61,951 bases of DNA. Source: Nemertoderma westbladi (lineage: Eukaryota > Animalia > Xenacoelomorpha). A program made the translations under genes and the position numbers. Every line of letters starts with the position of its first letter. The stretch's first letter is position 1. Below the pieces are notes generated by a model. The model saw nothing but the letters and a program-made list of their open reading frames with translations. It ran no database searches and was not told the DNA's origin. Positions 61,773 to 61,951 of the stretch are shown here, one piece after another. The stretch spans positions 1 through 61,951 of the forward strand of contig JAUCBJ010003050.1 in assembly GCA_032718475.1 (NCBI GenBank), in the 5' to 3' direction.

Positions 61773-61917
61773 ACCTAATCATAAGTTAAACTCTTTGCGG
61801 TTTCCAATAGTCATAAGCGATTGGTGATTGGTTTAAAATTATTTCCCTCGCTAGCATATAAATGTTTAGATATAGTCAATATCATATCATTTCATTTTAT
61901 TTTAATCTTTGGACATA

Positions 61918-61948
<31 letters not shown>

Positions 61949-61951
61949 TAT

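Overview
AT-rich, repeat-dense animal (probably invertebrate) genomic DNA with spliceosomal introns; not prokaryotic and no CRISPR. Host genes: two paralogous two-exon genes for small secreted 10-Cys three-finger (Ly6/uPAR) proteins (1170-5492 and 19271-20656), with a near-identical extra copy of the first gene's last exon at 12973-13158; an orphan CNH-domain exon on the minus strand near 6.3 kb; an intronless GC-rich BCAS3 (24287-26764, minus); a multi-exon DNPH1/Rcl-family gene with a long Ser/Pro-rich extension (47573-52377); and a single-exon 354-aa ORF with PC4-like motifs. The centrepiece is a 12-kb BEL/Pao LTR retrotransposon (34184-46210, minus). It has apparently identical 1188-bp LTRs and a GTCTC target duplication, and it sits inside an RTE-like LINE. 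It encodes intact Gag-protease, has lost RT and integrase in frame, carries unknown extra ORFs, and has no tRNA primer site; instead an 11-nt sequence complementary to its own LTR suggests self-priming. The rest is satellites/minisatellites, hAT, Harbinger, piggyBac, TA-flanked and Sola-like DNA elements, LINE fragments, a SINE and a solo LTR. All family assignments come from motif recognition by eye, not database searches.
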